DNA of 61,988 bases, the filler included, from Basidioascus undulatus (Eukaryota), in the NCBI GenBank assembly GCA_000826855.1. It is 6 parts of 6 records of this genome, joined end to end, with 100 filler letters (N's around TTAATTAATTAA, not from the genome) between each part and the next. Parts side by side here need not be neighbours in the genome. Positions count along the whole stretch, not along the records: positions 51,750 to 61,988 come from JTLS01001160.1; 5 more parts are not named here. The stretch is one strand, 5' to 3'. Made by a program: the position numbers and the translations under genes. This document shows, in pieces, positions 59,617 through 61,988 of this stretch. How positions within the stretch are numbered: the stretch's first letter is position 1; each line of letters opens with the position of its first letter. The notes beneath the pieces were generated by a model that saw only the letters and a program-made list of their open reading frames with translations, searched no databases and was not told where the DNA came from.

Positions 59617-60712
59617 TCACACCCCCAGCCCCCTCAAGCCCTGCACCAGCCCGCCCAGCCACCCCGTCCCCCCTCCAACATCCGCATTCGCATCCGCATC
59701 CTCCCCTCCGCCCTCGCCCTCGCGCCCGCCGGCCAACCTCGCCTTCTCAGCCTTCCACCTCTCCCCCACGAGCTTCATCAGCTCCTTCTGCCCGAGTCCG
59801 GGGCTCTCAGCTTTGGTCAGCGCGTATTGTTGCTTGACGAACACTGTTGGTACCGCCACACGCCCCACCGCATTTTCAGAATCAGTATCCGAACGTGGAC
59901 CCCAAGGCGCGGGTGAGGGAGGGAAAGAAACGAAGAAGGTATAGAGAGGTGGAAACACACGCTGGTAAGCGCTCGCCTTCCTCGGCGTCTTTCCTGCCCC
60001 TCCCCCGCCCTCATCCTCCCGCACCGCTTCCCCCGTCTTCGGGTCGAGCGCGACGATCCGCGCGCGGCACACGCCGCAGCGCGACTTGGCCGGGTCGATC
60101 GAGCGCGAGTGCCGCTGGTAGAGCTGCAAGCAGGCGCCGTTGGTACAGCGCCATTGGTACTTGTATGAGACTGCCGGCCGACAAGCATAGGGTGAGAATG
60201 AGAGGAGAAGGAAGGGAGGGTGTGTGGGGAATGCGAGGGAAGGGGAGAGGGAAGGGATGGGGATGGGTAGGTGACATGAACGCACTCTCGAAGCTGTGCT
60301 TAGTCGTGATCTCGATGTCGGGTCGGACGGCCATGACTTTGCGTCCCCTGCGCGCGCACTCCATCTATCCATCAGTCACTCGCTTGTCCACATCCCAGCA
60401 TCTCCCAGCCGAAAAGGAAGGAAGGCAGAGGAGTGGGAGAAGGAGAAGAGGCAAGGACCCACCACTTCCTAAACGCCTCGCCATGCGGCGCCTTCGTCTC
60501 CCCGTCGACAATCCAGGCTGCGAGGTGGCACATCTCGTGCGCGAGGGTGTTGCGCATCTTTTCTGTTTCCAAACCCCATCAGCCGAGTCATGGCAGGGAA
60601 GAGGGGGTGGGCAAAGAGGAAGCGGGAGATGGACGCACGTTCCGTATCGAGCACCTTGGTACTCAGCTCGATCCGACACTCATGCCTCGCTCCGCCGTCC
60701 GGCAACTTAAAT
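59617..60712 (-). CDS. SprT-like metalloprotease + zinc ribbon + HMG-box-like protein (GCNA/ACRC-like), 5' part missing
   Basis: IELSTKVLD, RNTLAHEMCHLAAW (HExxH), PHGEAFRKW, ITTKHS, YKYQWRC...YQRHSRSID...CGVC, SAYQ|VFVKQQY...KELMKLVGERWK. Confidence 0.85.
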
Positions 60713-60749
60713 CTACCCGCACCCCATCCCACACACACCGCATCAGCCC

Positions 60750-61311
60750 CCTCTCCCAGTCCCCCTCGCAATCTCACTCTCTCGGCTCCATTGCCCACCT
60801 CCCGCGCTACTCCTTCCCTCCGCGGTCCACCTCCCTAATCTCGACGCTCCTGCTCTCCCTGCCCAACCCACCTAAAACCACCTCCCTCCTAACCTATATC
60901 ATCTCCCTCACGTCCTCGCACCCGATCACGCTCAAAAACAACCCCTGCACGACCCTCTCGGTGGCGGACATGCACGTCGGCGACCAGGGCGCCGCGGACC
61001 TGAAGCTCACGCTCTGGCGGGACGTCGCGGACCGTTGGGCGGGCGAGGAGGAGGGGTGCATACGGCAGGGGGATATTGTGTATTTCTCGGGCATCGCGCT
61101 TAAGACGCAGCAGATGCAGGGAGGGAAGGTCGGGCTCGCGGCGACGGCCACCGGGGAGTCGGCGTACCAGATTTGTTATAGGACCCGGCCCCTGCCTGGG
61201 GATCACGAGGCGAGGAGGTACCGCGCGGAGTTTACCCCGGCGCATCGGTGTAGCATGGAGGTGAAGGCGCTGCTTGAGTGGTTGGAGGCGCACATCGGGG
61301 TGAGGCGATGA
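60750..61311 (+). CDS. OB-fold nucleic-acid-binding protein, 5' part missing
   Basis: SIAHLPRYSF, LSVADMHVGD...LKLTLWRDVADRW...IRQGDIVYFSGI, YQICYRT. No start codon before the junction. Confidence 0.6.
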
Positions 61312-61749
61312 GGCGGGGGGGGACATGCTCGAGTTGGTTCATGTCGCGCCCGGTAGGACCATTGCATTGCATTGCCTTGGCCCACACTTCCTTGCGCTTT
61401 GACTCAGATGCAGCATAGTATTTTTCCGGGATGCAAGGCCATGCTGCGCCTGCGCAGCCGGCTGCCGCACATTCGCCTCTCATCTTCGCCTGTCATCTTC
61501 ATCTGTGCTTCGGCATTGCCCGATGCATTTTCGGACAGACTCCAGAAAGGCACAGAACAAGTGTATGGTGGGAGAAGCAGGATCTGGCATGCATCCAAGA
61601 ACTTCGCAACTAGCTGCGCGCTGTCCGCTCGAGCTGCCTGAACACATGCGAACACGTCGACTGCAGAAAGCGATCATCGACCGTTACATCTCGTACACTC
61701 GTACAGCAAACTCAACTTCTACCACAGCACACCTCCAACCATCCGCGCA

Positions 61750-61988
61750 TCACAGCGTCGTCCCCGACGACACCCGACTCCGCGCGTCCTCCAGCGCCGC
61801 AGTCTTAGACGAGGCGAAGCTGCGCGCCCTGCCCAAGACGTCGCCCGGGCGCGCCTCGTCCGTGACGAAGTGGATGGGGATGGAGAACGTCTGCGGCGCG
61901 TGCGGCGGGAGCTGCAGGGTGGGGCGGATGAAATACTGTGGGTCGGGGTGGAGTCCCAGTAGGAGTCCTTGCAAAGTGGCCTGCGCAC
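61750..61988 (-). CDS. 3' end of an unknown gene
   Basis: Open GC-rich frame ...GLLLGLHPDPQYFIRP...SSGTTL*. Confidence 0.4.
   Translation of the reverse strand, partial: AQATLQGLLLGLHPDPQYFIRPTLQLPPHAPQTFSIPIHFVTDEARPGDVLGRARSFASSKTAALEDARSRVSSGTTL

Overview
Eukaryotic, intron-rich fungal DNA. The short (~50-70 nt) introns with CTGAC/CTAAC branch points, GC-rich exons and gene content suggest a basidiomycete, probably Pucciniomycotina; this is an inference. The window is not one locus. It is six contigs of 10263, 10260, 10243, 10242, 10241 and 10239 bp in descending size order, joined by artificial 100-bp N44-TTAATTAATTAA-N44 linkers, so adjacency across linkers means nothing. Recognisable genes: KRE6/SKN1-type GH16 (~33 introns), SAD1/USP39, MET22/HAL2, a HEM4 C-terminal half, two GH17 glucanases, a PhnP-like metallo-beta-lactamase, a CAP59/GT69 mannosyltransferase, a UNC-93-like MFS transporter, a membrane spermidine-synthase-like methyltransferase, a phytase-like esterase, MET16, a Ca3427/NMT1-like binding protein, an I9 protease inhibitor, an NRK1/FMN1 chimera, a SprT-HMG (GCNA-like) gene and an OB-fold gene. 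There are also three tRNAs, several pseudogenes and two strongly CpG-depleted repeat relics. The best candidate for something new is a multi-intron, apparently non-coding transcription unit at ~24130-25080. It carries 12 same-strand ATACCC motifs, none inside its three predicted introns. AUACCC is the motif bound by Ustilago maydis Khd4, so this may be an RNA-binding-protein decoy lncRNA. All gene calls come from motif recognition and manual splicing, not database searches.
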